Source of the DNA: an uncultured Planctomycetales bacterium
Lineage (GTDB): Bacteria > Omnitrophota > Gorgyraeia > Gygaellales > Profunditerraquicolaceae
Direction: 5' to 3'
Assembly (NCBI GenBank): GCA_964427405.1
Contig: CAYRUB010000007.1
Location: 25,364 to 89,363, forward strand
Length of the DNA stretch: 64,000 bases
Positions 35,435 through 45,267 of the stretch are shown here, piece after piece. Position numbers and translations under genes: made by a program. Numbering within the stretch: position 1 is the stretch's first letter; every line of letters begins with the position of its first letter. Below the pieces are notes generated by a model. It was given only the letters and a program-made list of their open reading frames with translations, was not told where the DNA came from and made no database searches.

Positions 35435-36484
35435 TCAGAAAATCCACACAAAGTTCAAAGACTCAAAAAGCCCCTCAAGCCGGTCTTTCCCGGCATACTC
35501 CTGGCTCACCTTTGCGGTAAGAGAACATTTATCTTTAATCGCCCAGTAAACAATCTGCGCCCCAACACCGCTAATAGCATTCTTAGTCTTATCCGTAGCC
35601 GAGCTTCCGGAATCATCAGTAATCTGCCACTGATTATAACCGGTAAGCCCAATTTCAACACGCGGATGCACATACTGGCTTACGCCATATTCAATGGTCA
35701 TGGTCTGGCCCGGCTGAATATCCGTATCGATTTTCTTGCTGTTCCATTCATAGGTAGGAGTAAACATAAAAGCCGTGGTTTTATTTTCAAAGGGATAGAA
35801 ATATGTAGCCGCCTGCAGGCGCTGCGAGAAAAATCCCATACCAACGTTAGCGACTTTGTCTTTATCATAGGCGCCGGTCGGAAGCGTTACGGCATAACTA
35901 AAAGCCACATCATGCCTCTTACCTCGCCAGTCCAGCCACAGAGGCTGAACAATTAGATCCCCGAGCCCCCACTGCTGGCCCTTAATTTTAACTTCTTCTC
36001 CCATGGAAAAATCACGGGAATGCGATCCTACCTTAATCGTACCTGATGCTGTCCCCTGGACTGCGACATTAACGCTCGTATAGCCCCAGGACGGTATTAC
36101 CATAAATCCATAATCAGCTCCCAGAATCTTTTTATCGGTAGCCCAGGCAAAAGCAAGGGTCTGCATCGCGCTATGTATACTAAAATCCAGGTTCGCGTTA
36201 AGAGTACCGGTAATTGTAATAGGTACTGATTTAACCGTCCCCCTCCATGAACCTGAAACACTCACTGAATCAAAGGTGTTCCCGCTTGAGTCTTTCATTT
36301 TATCTGCATGATAATAAGTATCATAGCCGATCAAATAAAAACCCTTGGACGGCATAACATAATCTCTCAGCGCCATAGGCGCAGGAGCATAATGCCCTTG
36401 CTCACCGGCAAATGCAGAACCAATAAATATTAAATTCAGAATTGATAAAACCAGGCACAAAAAGAGATGCATAATTCTGCGCAT
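35435..36484 (-). CDS. Outer-membrane beta-barrel protein (putative transporter/porin)
   Basis: 349 aa. Signal peptide, alternating beta-strand pattern, and a C-terminal ...NFVWIF. Confidence 0.6.
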   Translation of the reverse strand: MRRIMHLFLCLVLSILNLIFIGSAFAGEQGHYAPAPMALRDYVMPSKGFYLIGYDTYYHADKMKDSSGNTFDSVSVSGSWRGTVKSVPITITGTLNANLDFSIHSAMQTLAFAWATDKKILGADYGFMVIPSWGYTSVNVAVQGTASGTIKVGSHSRDFSMGEEVKIKGQQWGLGDLIVQPLWLDWRGKRHDVAFSYAVTLPTGAYDKDKVANVGMGFFSQRLQAATYFYPFENKTTAFMFTPTYEWNSKKIDTDIQPGQTMTIEYGVSQYVHPRVEIGLTGYNQWQITDDSGSSATDKTKNAISGVGAQIVYWAIKDKCSLTAKVSQEYAGKDRLEGLFESLNFVWIF

Positions 36485-39198
36485 TATTTCCCTCTTTGTT
36501 GATCACCCGCGTAGATAGTCTTCCAATCATCCTTCATACTCGCGACTGTCCAACCTTTAGCCAAAGCTTCATCCAGTCCTTTGTCAAAAGGATCCGCAGA
36601 CTTACGGTCATAAGCCCACTCTCGCTGGTCATCGGTATGATGCACATAAAGACAAAAACGTGCTCCGGGGCCTGCGGCAGTCCATTGCATCATTGCCAGG
36701 TCATTATCGGAATTGCCGAAAGAAGCAATCGGGCGGCGGCCGATGTGGGATTGGATACCGACAGGTTTGCCGCTTCCGGCGTTGATAAAATTCAACTCCG
36801 GCATACCCATAATCGCTGGAATACCGTTACGAAGTTCAAACTGGGTTTTTATACTGCTTCCGACGACTTGCTCAGGCACAATACCATAAACCTTTTCCGC
36901 CCAGGGGCGCATAAAATCCATACTGCCGCCTGAAACAATGTAGGTTTTGAAACCGTTGGCGCGCAAATAAACAAGCAATTCAAGCATAGGTTGATATACC
37001 ATCTCTGTATATAACCGCTTAGTCTCCGGATGCCTGGCGGTAGCAATCCACTCCGTAACGTATTTTTCAAATTCATCCGAGGTTACTCCGGACTGCGTGG
37101 CGATAATCATTTCCGAAAGTTCATTAATTCCTCCGGATAACGCAGAGTTCTGATCACCTTTAAGTATAGAAACAAAAGGCTCTTTACTCATCCACTCCGG
37201 ATGCTCTTGAGCAAGGGCTTTAATCCGATCAGAAATAAAATAACCCTGGAAAACCATCGGCTGTTCACTCCAAAGCGTGCCGTCATTGTCAAAAGTAGCA
37301 ATGCGTTCCTCAACCGGCACAAAATTAGGAGAACCAGGCCTGGTCACCTCTTCAACAAAAGCGACAATTGCCTTTTTCGGCGCTGTATCATTCCAGGATG
37401 GCAAGGGATCATCAATGCGCACCAAATCTAATTTTGACAATTTTTCCTGCATTGCAGTGCTCAGTTGTTTTACAAGCTCTGCATTATATGATCCATTAGG
37501 CCTTGGCTTTACAGTTGGATCATTTGTAGGATTATAATCATATATATTTGCATTAGTTATCTGCTCTGCCGCAATGGCGTATGTTCGCGATGCCGCAGCC
37601 AATGATCCTTCCTTGACTGCCGGATCAACGTTAGTCGTAACGATTGAAATTGTATTGTCGCTATTAAGATATATCTGGAAAGTGCGGAACTGCTGCGGGA
37701 AATCCCTTAATGATGAAGTCTCAACATGCCAGAAGCCTTTTTCAGGGGCGTTAACCGGATCAGGTGAGATAAATGCTTTAACCGTATTCAAATGACGGTG
37801 CCCGGCAATCCACATAATCAAATTCGGATGGCTTTGCAGTTCAGTAATTAAATCCGGAAAGTTTACCGCGTTTTGAGGGTCAGTCCACCAACCCATCTCG
37901 GAATTAGGCGCGGTCACTTCTACGCCTATCGGTACGTGCGCGGCAATAATCATCAGCTGGCCAGCGGCATCTCCATCGAAAAGTTCTTTCTTTAACCACT
38001 CCCAACGCGCTGAATCAAGAAAACCGTGCCCATGGATGTCGGCAGAACCATCGTCTTCCTTTTGGGTATCATCAAGCACGATAATCTTAAGCGGTATATT
38101 CGACTTCGGCACAAAGCTATAGCAGGCAAAACCCTTGTTGGCATCGACCAGGTTGAAACCATGGCCTGCCGGGTTTGTTGTGGTTATAAGAAATTCCTTC
38201 ATCCACTCATCTCTCTTAAGTGAACGGCGATTCAGATCAGCTGCAACCTTTGGCGGGCTCTTAAAGTCTGCTGCGGGTCCGGCGTATTTGACATCACCAT
38301 AAGGTGTCAAGCCATCAAGTACACCCATATAATAATCATGTTTGTTTATTGTCGCGGGGTTTGTAAGGATATCTCCCGTGGCAAAGACTTCATCGCTGAT
38401 ATATGACTGTCGAAGATCCTTTCGCAGGCCATAATCCACAGGAATGGAACCAATCCAGAAATGATCATGGTTGCCGAGAGCCTGATACCAGGGGATTGTC
38501 TTATCCAGCCCTGCTGCCTGAAAAGGTTTTTGATAATCGATAGTCCCGGCTCCAAGATGAGCCCCGGAGCTTGGGAAAATTACCTTACCGTCTAAGACAT
38601 CAATATACCACCTAAGCTCATTGTACTGCGTGCTGTTACAGGTATCTCCCAGAGAAATTCCAAAATCAAATGGGCTTTGTTTATGAAGGGCATTTATCGT
38701 CTGAACAGCGGCATCCAAAACTTGAGTTGTATACAACATAATCCCTGAATGCAGTGAAGCGCCAATTGGCAATGTTGGATGCAAGTTTTGAAGATAGATC
38801 AATTGATTAGGAGCTTCTTTGTCGGTGATATGGATGTCGGTTATAGTAAAGAAATTGAGGAGTTTTGCTTTTTTAACGGCTGTTGAGGCATCGTAAAGAG
38901 CCAGCATGATATCGGTCCGGGTTTCAGATTTAAGAGGATCGCCAAAGCTCCAGCTACCATAGCCGTATTGTTTGTATTTTGAAATCTCATCAAGGCGAAC
39001 CGCCTCAGCAGGTTTTGGGCCAGGCACGACTGTCCTCTGGAGAGTCGTAAAAACATCAGTAGCAATCGGGTATTCCTGAAGCTGACTTTGATTTTTGACT
39101 GCGGTTTTTGAACATGTCGAGCATCCCGCTAAAGAGAAAATCAGCGCACCTATTAAAAAGGTTAAACAGAGCTTATTGAATTTATAAGATGGTTTCAT
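36484..39198 (-). CDS. Lipoprotein fusion: calcineurin-like metallophosphoesterase domain plus a C-terminal HAD-superfamily phosphatase domain
   Basis: 904 aa. LAGCSTC lipobox. MPE motifs GDTCNS, GNHDH, AAHVPIG, GHRHLN. A HAD motif I FDNDGTLW and a distal GNSDNDLAM. Confidence 0.7.
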   Translation of the reverse strand: MKPSYKFNKLCLTFLIGALIFSLAGCSTCSKTAVKNQSQLQEYPIATDVFTTLQRTVVPGPKPAEAVRLDEISKYKQYGYGSWSFGDPLKSETRTDIMLALYDASTAVKKAKLLNFFTITDIHITDKEAPNQLIYLQNLHPTLPIGASLHSGIMLYTTQVLDAAVQTINALHKQSPFDFGISLGDTCNSTQYNELRWYIDVLDGKVIFPSSGAHLGAGTIDYQKPFQAAGLDKTIPWYQALGNHDHFWIGSIPVDYGLRKDLRQSYISDEVFATGDILTNPATINKHDYYMGVLDGLTPYGDVKYAGPAADFKSPPKVAADLNRRSLKRDEWMKEFLITTTNPAGHGFNLVDANKGFACYSFVPKSNIPLKIIVLDDTQKEDDGSADIHGHGFLDSARWEWLKKELFDGDAAGQLMIIAAHVPIGVEVTAPNSEMGWWTDPQNAVNFPDLITELQSHPNLIMWIAGHRHLNTVKAFISPDPVNAPEKGFWHVETSSLRDFPQQFRTFQIYLNSDNTISIVTTNVDPAVKEGSLAAASRTYAIAAEQITNANIYDYNPTNDPTVKPRPNGSYNAELVKQLSTAMQEKLSKLDLVRIDDPLPSWNDTAPKKAIVAFVEEVTRPGSPNFVPVEERIATFDNDGTLWSEQPMVFQGYFISDRIKALAQEHPEWMSKEPFVSILKGDQNSALSGGINELSEMIIATQSGVTSDEFEKYVTEWIATARHPETKRLYTEMVYQPMLELLVYLRANGFKTYIVSGGSMDFMRPWAEKVYGIVPEQVVGSSIKTQFELRNGIPAIMGMPELNFINAGSGKPVGIQSHIGRRPIASFGNSDNDLAMMQWTAAGPGARFCLYVHHTDDQREWAYDRKSADPFDKGLDEALAKGWTVASMKDDWKTIYAGDQQRGK

Positions 39199-39293
39199 GA
39201 AACCCCCTTGTTAATTATCCTCAATGAAAACTATTCTTATAGGTTATACCGGTTACCAAGAAAGTCAATCTTAAATAAAAAATCCCTGGCTGT

Positions 39294-41186
39294 CTACAAC
39301 TGGAGGGTTTCAAGGTATTCCCAACGCTGGTTGGCTTTGTCCAATTCAGAAGAGAGTTCCTCGGAGCGCGCCTCGGCTTGAGCTCTCTCCTCAGGGCTTT
39401 TCTGGTAAAAATTCAAATCCGCGAATAACGCGTAGAGCGCTTTTTGCTCCTCTTCCATTTTCTCTATTTTTAAAGGCAACTCATCTAATTCTTTCTGCTC
39501 TTTAAAGGTAAGCTTACGCGGAATAATCGGTTTTTCTTTTTTGATGGGTTCTTTTTTGACCTTGATCTTTGGCGGTTCAGAGGATATTTCAGGATGACGC
39601 TGGCTCAACCAATCATCATAACCTCCGGCATACTCATTAATCAGGCCATCTCCTTCCAGGACCATGGTCGAGGTTACCACATTATTAAGAAAAGCCCGGT
39701 CATGGCTGACCAAAATAAGCGTGCCGGGATACTCCAGTAATAATTCTTCCAAGAGCTCAAGGGTCTCAATATCTAAATCATTAGTCGGCTCATCCATAAC
39801 TAAAACATTCGAGGGCTGGGAAAAAAGTCGCGCCAGAAAAAGGCGGTTGCGTTCCCCACCCGAGAGCCTCTTGATCGGTGTGCGCGCCCGATCAGGAGTA
39901 AAAAGAAAATCCTGTAAATATCCGATGATATGTTTGGGCTTGCCGTTAATCACGATGGTGTCGGATTCTCCGTTAACATTCTCGGCCACAGTTGCCTCTT
40001 CATCTAGTTGTTCGCGCAGCTGATCATAATAAGCAATCTGCAGATTCGTCCCCAAGGTTACCTTGCCTCTCTGGGGTTCAAGTTTTCCCAGCAAGAGACG
40101 CAATAATGTTGTTTTGCCGCTGCCGTTGGGACCAATCACGCCGATTTTATCACCCCGCATTATTTGAGTAGTAAAATCCTTGACCAGACATTTTTCACCA
40201 TAACTAAAACTCAGTTGCGAAATTTTAACTACCCGATGGCCCGAAGGGTCAGCTTTCTGCGCCCGCATACGCACCTGGCCAACCGCCTTACGCTGGGTCT
40301 TCTTTTCTTCCCTTAAGCGCTCCAGCGCCTTGACCCGTCCTTCGTTACGGCACCTGCGCGCCTTGACCCCCTTACGAATCCAAATCTCCTCTTCCGCTAA
40401 TTTTTTATCAAAATGCCCCCACTGCGCTTCATCAATATCCAATGCTGCTTGTTTACGTTCAAGGAAGGTCTTATAATCACATGGCCAGCTATATATTTTT
40501 CCACGGTCAAGTTCAATGATTCTCGTAGCTAGCCGCGTCATAAACATCCGATCATGCGTTACAAAAAAAACCGTGCCGGAATAATTAAGCAAAAATCCTT
40601 CCAGCCAAAGCATAGAGTCAATATCCAAATGGTTGGTCGGCTCATCCAATAGTAAAACCTCCGGCTTAAGCACCAATGCCCTGGCCAAAAGCGCCCGGCG
40701 TTTTTGGCCGCCGGATAACTTGGCAAAATCACTATCCGGGTCAAGCTTCATCTTGGCGATAACTTCTTCCACTTGATTATTCACATCCCAGCTGTCGGTA
40801 TGGTTCAGCTTATCTTGCAACACATCAAGTTGCCTTAATAATTGCGGAGTCTGCTGCGTTTGCAGACGATGGGTAAGATGGTGGTGCTGGCTTAATAGTT
40901 CAGCGCGCGGCCCCAGCCCCGAGAGGACTATATCAAAAACACTCCCCGTAATATCCACGGGAACTTCCTGCGGCAGATGGGCAACCTGAATTCCTTTTTG
41001 CGTAATCACATTACCGGAATCAACCTGCTGCTGGCCGGTCATTACCTTCATTAAAGTCGTTTTCCCCGCGCCGTTACGTCCCAGCAAGGCAATACGTTCC
41101 CCTGGCTCCAACTGCAAGTTTAAGCAATCAAAGATAAGCGGGCCGGCGAACTTTAGACTAATCTCCTGTAAACTGATTAATGCCAT
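39294..41186 (-). CDS. uup: ABC-F family ATPase (Uup/EttA-like) with a C-terminal coiled coil
   Basis: 630 aa. Two ABC cassettes (GRNGAGKTT and GPNGSGKTT, plus LSGGQ/LSGGE) and a Lys/Glu-rich coiled-coil tail. Confidence 0.85.
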   Translation of the reverse strand: MALISLQEISLKFAGPLIFDCLNLQLEPGERIALLGRNGAGKTTLMKVMTGQQQVDSGNVITQKGIQVAHLPQEVPVDITGSVFDIVLSGLGPRAELLSQHHHLTHRLQTQQTPQLLRQLDVLQDKLNHTDSWDVNNQVEEVIAKMKLDPDSDFAKLSGGQKRRALLARALVLKPEVLLLDEPTNHLDIDSMLWLEGFLLNYSGTVFFVTHDRMFMTRLATRIIELDRGKIYSWPCDYKTFLERKQAALDIDEAQWGHFDKKLAEEEIWIRKGVKARRCRNEGRVKALERLREEKKTQRKAVGQVRMRAQKADPSGHRVVKISQLSFSYGEKCLVKDFTTQIMRGDKIGVIGPNGSGKTTLLRLLLGKLEPQRGKVTLGTNLQIAYYDQLREQLDEEATVAENVNGESDTIVINGKPKHIIGYLQDFLFTPDRARTPIKRLSGGERNRLFLARLFSQPSNVLVMDEPTNDLDIETLELLEELLLEYPGTLILVSHDRAFLNNVVTSTMVLEGDGLINEYAGGYDDWLSQRHPEISSEPPKIKVKKEPIKKEKPIIPRKLTFKEQKELDELPLKIEKMEEEQKALYALFADLNFYQKSPEERAQAEARSEELSSELDKANQRWEYLETLQL

Positions 41187-41265
41187 AAAACCTCACTTAA
41201 AAAAATTATCTACGCCGATAATTATTTAGATTATTTTAATGAATGGAAAGGAATAGGGGAATTGA

Positions 41266-41703
41266 TTAGGCGCGGTCTCTGCTGCGCTTTCGGAAAGCCG
41301 GCTTTCTTCTTCCAGCTGGACTGCGGTCTTCTCTAACAGGAGCTCCTTCTCTATCTTGCCGCTTGGCAAAACACTCTTTGCAGTATACTGGACGGTCTCC
41401 GGTAGGCCTAAAGGGGACCTCGCATTCAGTTTTGCATTCCGCACAGATAGCTTTGGTAAAACTTCTCTCCCGGAAACTATTTTCCCGATCACCTCTGTCG
41501 CGCCGAAAAGAGTTATCGAAGCGCCGAAAAGGCTTGCCGTATTCTTTTCTCTCTAAAGGCTTTTGCGCAGATTGAGCGATCAAGGTATCGATCTTCTGCT
41601 CTAGAAAAGTTAGTTGCTGTTGAATTCTGCCAATTGTACCGGATAGATCCGGCTGGACAAGCGGTTCAACTGCGGGACTCTTACGTTTAAATATTTTCTT
41701 CAT
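41266..41703 (-). CDS. Coiled-coil / CxxC zinc-ribbon protein with an Arg-rich tail
   Basis: 145 aa. The ICAECKTECEVPFRPTGDRPVYCKECF zinc ribbon. The region is GC-rich. An alternative-frame ORF at 41226..41492 overlaps it. Confidence 0.55.
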   Translation of the reverse strand: MKKIFKRKSPAVEPLVQPDLSGTIGRIQQQLTFLEQKIDTLIAQSAQKPLERKEYGKPFRRFDNSFRRDRGDRENSFRERSFTKAICAECKTECEVPFRPTGDRPVYCKECFAKRQDREGAPVREDRSPAGRRKPAFRKRSRDRA

Positions 41704-41813
41704 TTGGCTCCTTATTTTTTGTACGGTTCAATTGATCATATTTTGTTTATCTACTATACACCATTTACAATATAAAGCAAATAACTTCACCGGATATTAC
41801 ATAAAACGTTTTA

Positions 41814-42245
41814 TCAATTTTTATCTATTTTTTTAGGTAAGGAAGGCTTAAACTCACCCTGATCCGGAGATTTAAATAACTCTTTTTCAGACTTTTTCTG
41901 CTCTACGTTTGAAATTAATCTATCCGAGTTAAACTCATCTTGCTGGCCCTCAAAGATTAAACCTGAACTCCTGAATTCATTGCTGATCTGGTTAGCAATA
42001 CCACTGGGGTTTCTAAACTCTCCGGATTTTACATTTTTAAACATTGATTTACTGGAAAATGATCCTTTAGTAACAAACTCTTCATCGGCAGGGACACCAA
42101 GTTTAAAATTAAATACCCCGGTTGGAGACGCGAATTCACCGGGCTTTTCTTTATGAGGAAGCTTTAAATGGTAAATTTCGGCATGAACAAAAACAGGAAA
42201 ATGAAGTAAAATTACCAAAGTTATGATTAGTTGTTTTTTATTCAT
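41814..42245 (-). CDS. Secreted hypothetical protein with repeated GEF motifs
   Basis: 143 aa. A signal peptide and three PGEF/SGEF/QGEF repeats. Confidence 0.5.
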   Translation of the reverse strand: MNKKQLIITLVILLHFPVFVHAEIYHLKLPHKEKPGEFASPTGVFNFKLGVPADEEFVTKGSFSSKSMFKNVKSGEFRNPSGIANQISNEFRSSGLIFEGQQDEFNSDRLISNVEQKKSEKELFKSPDQGEFKPSLPKKIDKN

Positions 42246-42248
42246 TTA

Positions 42249-43214
42249 TTAAAGATTGTCTTGCAACAAATCAATAAGCCCCGCCATCTCTTCTCTTGTC
42301 TTGGCGCGGGAGGATTTTTCCCTTAAGGGACGGATGTTACGGACCCCCTTGGTATACCAGGCAAAGAATTTGCGGAATAAGATTACTCCGTTTCTTTCTT
42401 CATAAAAAGCTATCGAGGCGTCTAAATGCTCCAGCATTATTTTAATTACCTTGGCTCTTGCCGGTTTCAGAAGAACCTCACCGGTTTTTAAGAATTCTTT
42501 TATTTCCTTAAATATCCACGGATTACCAAATGAACCGCGGGCAATAACTAATCCGTCGCAATTTGTTTCACTGAGCATTTTTTTGGCTAACTGCGCTGTA
42601 AATACATCGCCGCTGGCAATAACCGGAATGCCCAGCGCCTTCTTCACTCTAGCTATTATATCATAATCTACATTACCGCCATACTCCTGAGTTTTAGTCC
42701 TTCCGTGGATAAATAAACCGCTGACTCCGGCATCCTGGGCATAAAGTGCTACTTCCCTGGCGTTGATACTGTCCTTATCCCAGCCTAAACGTATCTTTAC
42801 GGTTACCGGGATCTGAGAATTCTTTACCACTAGCTTAAGTATTTTATTAAGCTTCCTGGGCTCTTTTAGCAGGGCCGCTCCCTCACCGCGCCGGACAACT
42901 TTCTTTGCCGGGCAGGCAGCATTAAAATCCATAATATCAAATTTGTAAGTTTTCAAAACTTCTAAGGCCTTTAGGATATACTTCTCTTCGCATCCTAATA
43001 TCTGAATACCTAAAGGCTTGTCCTTGGCCAAAGTAGAAAGCATATGCCGGGTTTTTCTGCTCTTATGCGAAATCGAGCGGCAGTTAATCATCTCGACAAA
43101 TGTTAACTCCGCGCCAAACCTCCGGCAGAGCATACGAAACGGCAAATCAGTAATCCCGGCCATAGGCGCCAGGATTAAATTTGATTTCAATTTTAAGTTA
43201 CCGATTTTAAGCAT
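42249..43214 (-). CDS. dus: tRNA-dihydrouridine synthase
   Basis: 321 aa TIM-barrel flavoenzyme with a Dus N-terminus (LAPMAGITDLPFR). Confidence 0.88.
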   Translation of the reverse strand: MLKIGNLKLKSNLILAPMAGITDLPFRMLCRRFGAELTFVEMINCRSISHKSRKTRHMLSTLAKDKPLGIQILGCEEKYILKALEVLKTYKFDIMDFNAACPAKKVVRRGEGAALLKEPRKLNKILKLVVKNSQIPVTVKIRLGWDKDSINAREVALYAQDAGVSGLFIHGRTKTQEYGGNVDYDIIARVKKALGIPVIASGDVFTAQLAKKMLSETNCDGLVIARGSFGNPWIFKEIKEFLKTGEVLLKPARAKVIKIMLEHLDASIAFYEERNGVILFRKFFAWYTKGVRNIRPLREKSSRAKTREEMAGLIDLLQDNL

Positions 43215-43230
43215 AGAAATATCTTATATT

Positions 43231-45246
43231 TTACCTGACTATTGATATCGCCTTGGCAAATCCGGCGATAATGAGGGCCACAGAAAAAATGAACTTGGCA
43301 TTATATACAAAACAGGTAGATTCTTTATCCGCAATTCTTAATTTCTTGATTTCAATGTATGGAACAGGTGAACGCCTATACCAGCCGATAACCTCCACAT
43401 CCTGATTTATGTAGCTGGCTGCCCTTAAGAGCCCGAAAAGAAAATTAAAAATTCCCAGCGGTTGGCGATAATCCAGAAAGATAATTCCGCTTTCATCCTG
43501 CAAGACAAAGTCTTCTGAAAAAATAAGCCCCGGGACGCCTCTTCCGATAATTTTCCCTTTTATCAGGCAAGGCACCGGCCTGATCGCGGAAACCTTGATT
43601 TTGCTTAATAAGTTCTTAATATTCATTACAGCGAAATCAGAATCAGGATAGGAAAAAACAGTATGTATTAAATAGGCGTAACCAAAAACAGACACCCCGA
43701 GCCAGAAATAGAACATTTCTTTCTTTACTATAGCAAACGCGATAGCCGAAATAAAAACAATAAGAGGCAGAACCTTGACTAATAAATCCAATAAGAAATC
43801 ATCCCAATACGATTCCGGCCTGCGCTGATTAAACTCTATATAAGGATCTTTTCCTAATACCCGAGACTGGTTACTTAGAAATTTTAATCTTTTAGCGATC
43901 AATGGATGCGTTGACTGTAATTCATAATAGGAGGCCCAGGGATTCCAAAGATCCCATTTCGCCGCATCTTTTAGCTTATCCTTATCAACCTCTCCGCCCA
44001 TACTGCGCGGGCCTGAATAGCCGCTAACCGCTAGAATACTCGCAGTTTTAGAATCAAATATCCCCATCGGCCCAATTGAATTTAATGTAGCTTGCCTTTC
44101 TTTATAATTCGCTTCCCCTTTTCCCCTATCGTCTCCGGCTAAACCATAGCCAATTTTGACTAAAGCGGAGGCTAAAGCATTCGGGTTACCGGTAACCTGA
44201 CCGGAATACCTATCCGCGAAATATTCCCTTAACCGGGAAAACCAAAGCACAATAAATTCACTTATAACATATAACACATAAGCTACAAGCGCCAGGATCA
44301 AACGGGCAGGCGCTGATTTACCGTTACCCCTGCATCTATTTCTGGTTAAAGATTTATAAGCATAATAAAGGACCAGCGGCACAAGCTGAGCTAAAGTCAT
44401 AATTAACATATCCCAATGCATAACATGGCCCATCTCATGAGCCAGGACTGCTTGCGCCTCTTCTTCGGTTAAAAGATCAAGCAACCCCCGGGTAATTACA
44501 ATCCTGGCGTTATTCGGATGGTGCCCATAGGTAAAGGCATTCGGCGCGCCGTCTAAAATAATACCTATGCGCGGAAAATTAATCCCTTCATCCTGGCAAT
44601 TTTTACTAATAAAGATCCTTAAATGCTGCGGCAGGTCTTCAGGGTTTACCCAATTCATTTTGTATAAGAACTTTAAGGAAAGGTCCATTAAAAAAGGGCC
44701 GAATATAAACTGTAATGCGGCAAAAACTATCCCCACCCCAAAAGCAAATGAAGCAGAAATTCTACCCAGCTCCACGAAGACAATCAAGAATAAAGTAAGT
44801 AAAGCATACAAACCAAACAAGACCATCCCGGAACGCAGGGCAAGATTAGGTAAGACAAGCAGAGTTTTAGATAACCCTTGCTTACTATCCCCGAATATAC
44901 CTTTATCTATTTGGATTTTTGTTTTTATTGCCGGCAGCTTATTAATCTCATCCTTATCCAGCCAGAAACCTTCTGATTCAGGGCAATAATCAATGCGTAT
45001 TTCTCCCCCTAAAATAGGCAGTTCTACCATTGGCCTGGAAATTACAGGTGATAAACGGGCGGAGTCTTTCTTGGATTGAATCGCTTCTTCAATTTTTGCT
45101 TTTAAGTAGGTGGGAACGCGGGTAAAAAGATAGATTTCATTTTTATCCAGCCAAATGCCTTCACATTGAGGACAAAAGTCAATCTCCGCCCCTTGTTGGG
45201 TCATAACGGGAGCAAGATCCTTATCTTTGCAATTTGGGCATTTCAT
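43231..45246 (-). CDS. Membrane M48-family zinc metalloprotease (HtpX-like) with two N-terminal zinc-ribbon modules
   Basis: 671 aa. CPNC...CPQCEGIWLDKNEI and a second CPESEGFWLDKDEI module. HEMGHVMHWD (HExxH). Multiple TM segments. Confidence 0.75.
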   Translation of the reverse strand: MKCPNCKDKDLAPVMTQQGAEIDFCPQCEGIWLDKNEIYLFTRVPTYLKAKIEEAIQSKKDSARLSPVISRPMVELPILGGEIRIDYCPESEGFWLDKDEINKLPAIKTKIQIDKGIFGDSKQGLSKTLLVLPNLALRSGMVLFGLYALLTLFLIVFVELGRISASFAFGVGIVFAALQFIFGPFLMDLSLKFLYKMNWVNPEDLPQHLRIFISKNCQDEGINFPRIGIILDGAPNAFTYGHHPNNARIVITRGLLDLLTEEEAQAVLAHEMGHVMHWDMLIMTLAQLVPLVLYYAYKSLTRNRCRGNGKSAPARLILALVAYVLYVISEFIVLWFSRLREYFADRYSGQVTGNPNALASALVKIGYGLAGDDRGKGEANYKERQATLNSIGPMGIFDSKTASILAVSGYSGPRSMGGEVDKDKLKDAAKWDLWNPWASYYELQSTHPLIAKRLKFLSNQSRVLGKDPYIEFNQRRPESYWDDFLLDLLVKVLPLIVFISAIAFAIVKKEMFYFWLGVSVFGYAYLIHTVFSYPDSDFAVMNIKNLLSKIKVSAIRPVPCLIKGKIIGRGVPGLIFSEDFVLQDESGIIFLDYRQPLGIFNFLFGLLRAASYINQDVEVIGWYRRSPVPYIEIKKLRIADKESTCFVYNAKFIFSVALIIAGFAKAISIVR

Positions 45247-45267
45247 GGCGCAGGCTCATCTACCCTT

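Noticed and set aside
41226-41492. 88-aa ORF as a separate gene
   Set aside because: It overlaps the 3' half of the zinc-ribbon gene in another frame within a GC-rich, stop-poor segment. It has no independent start context.
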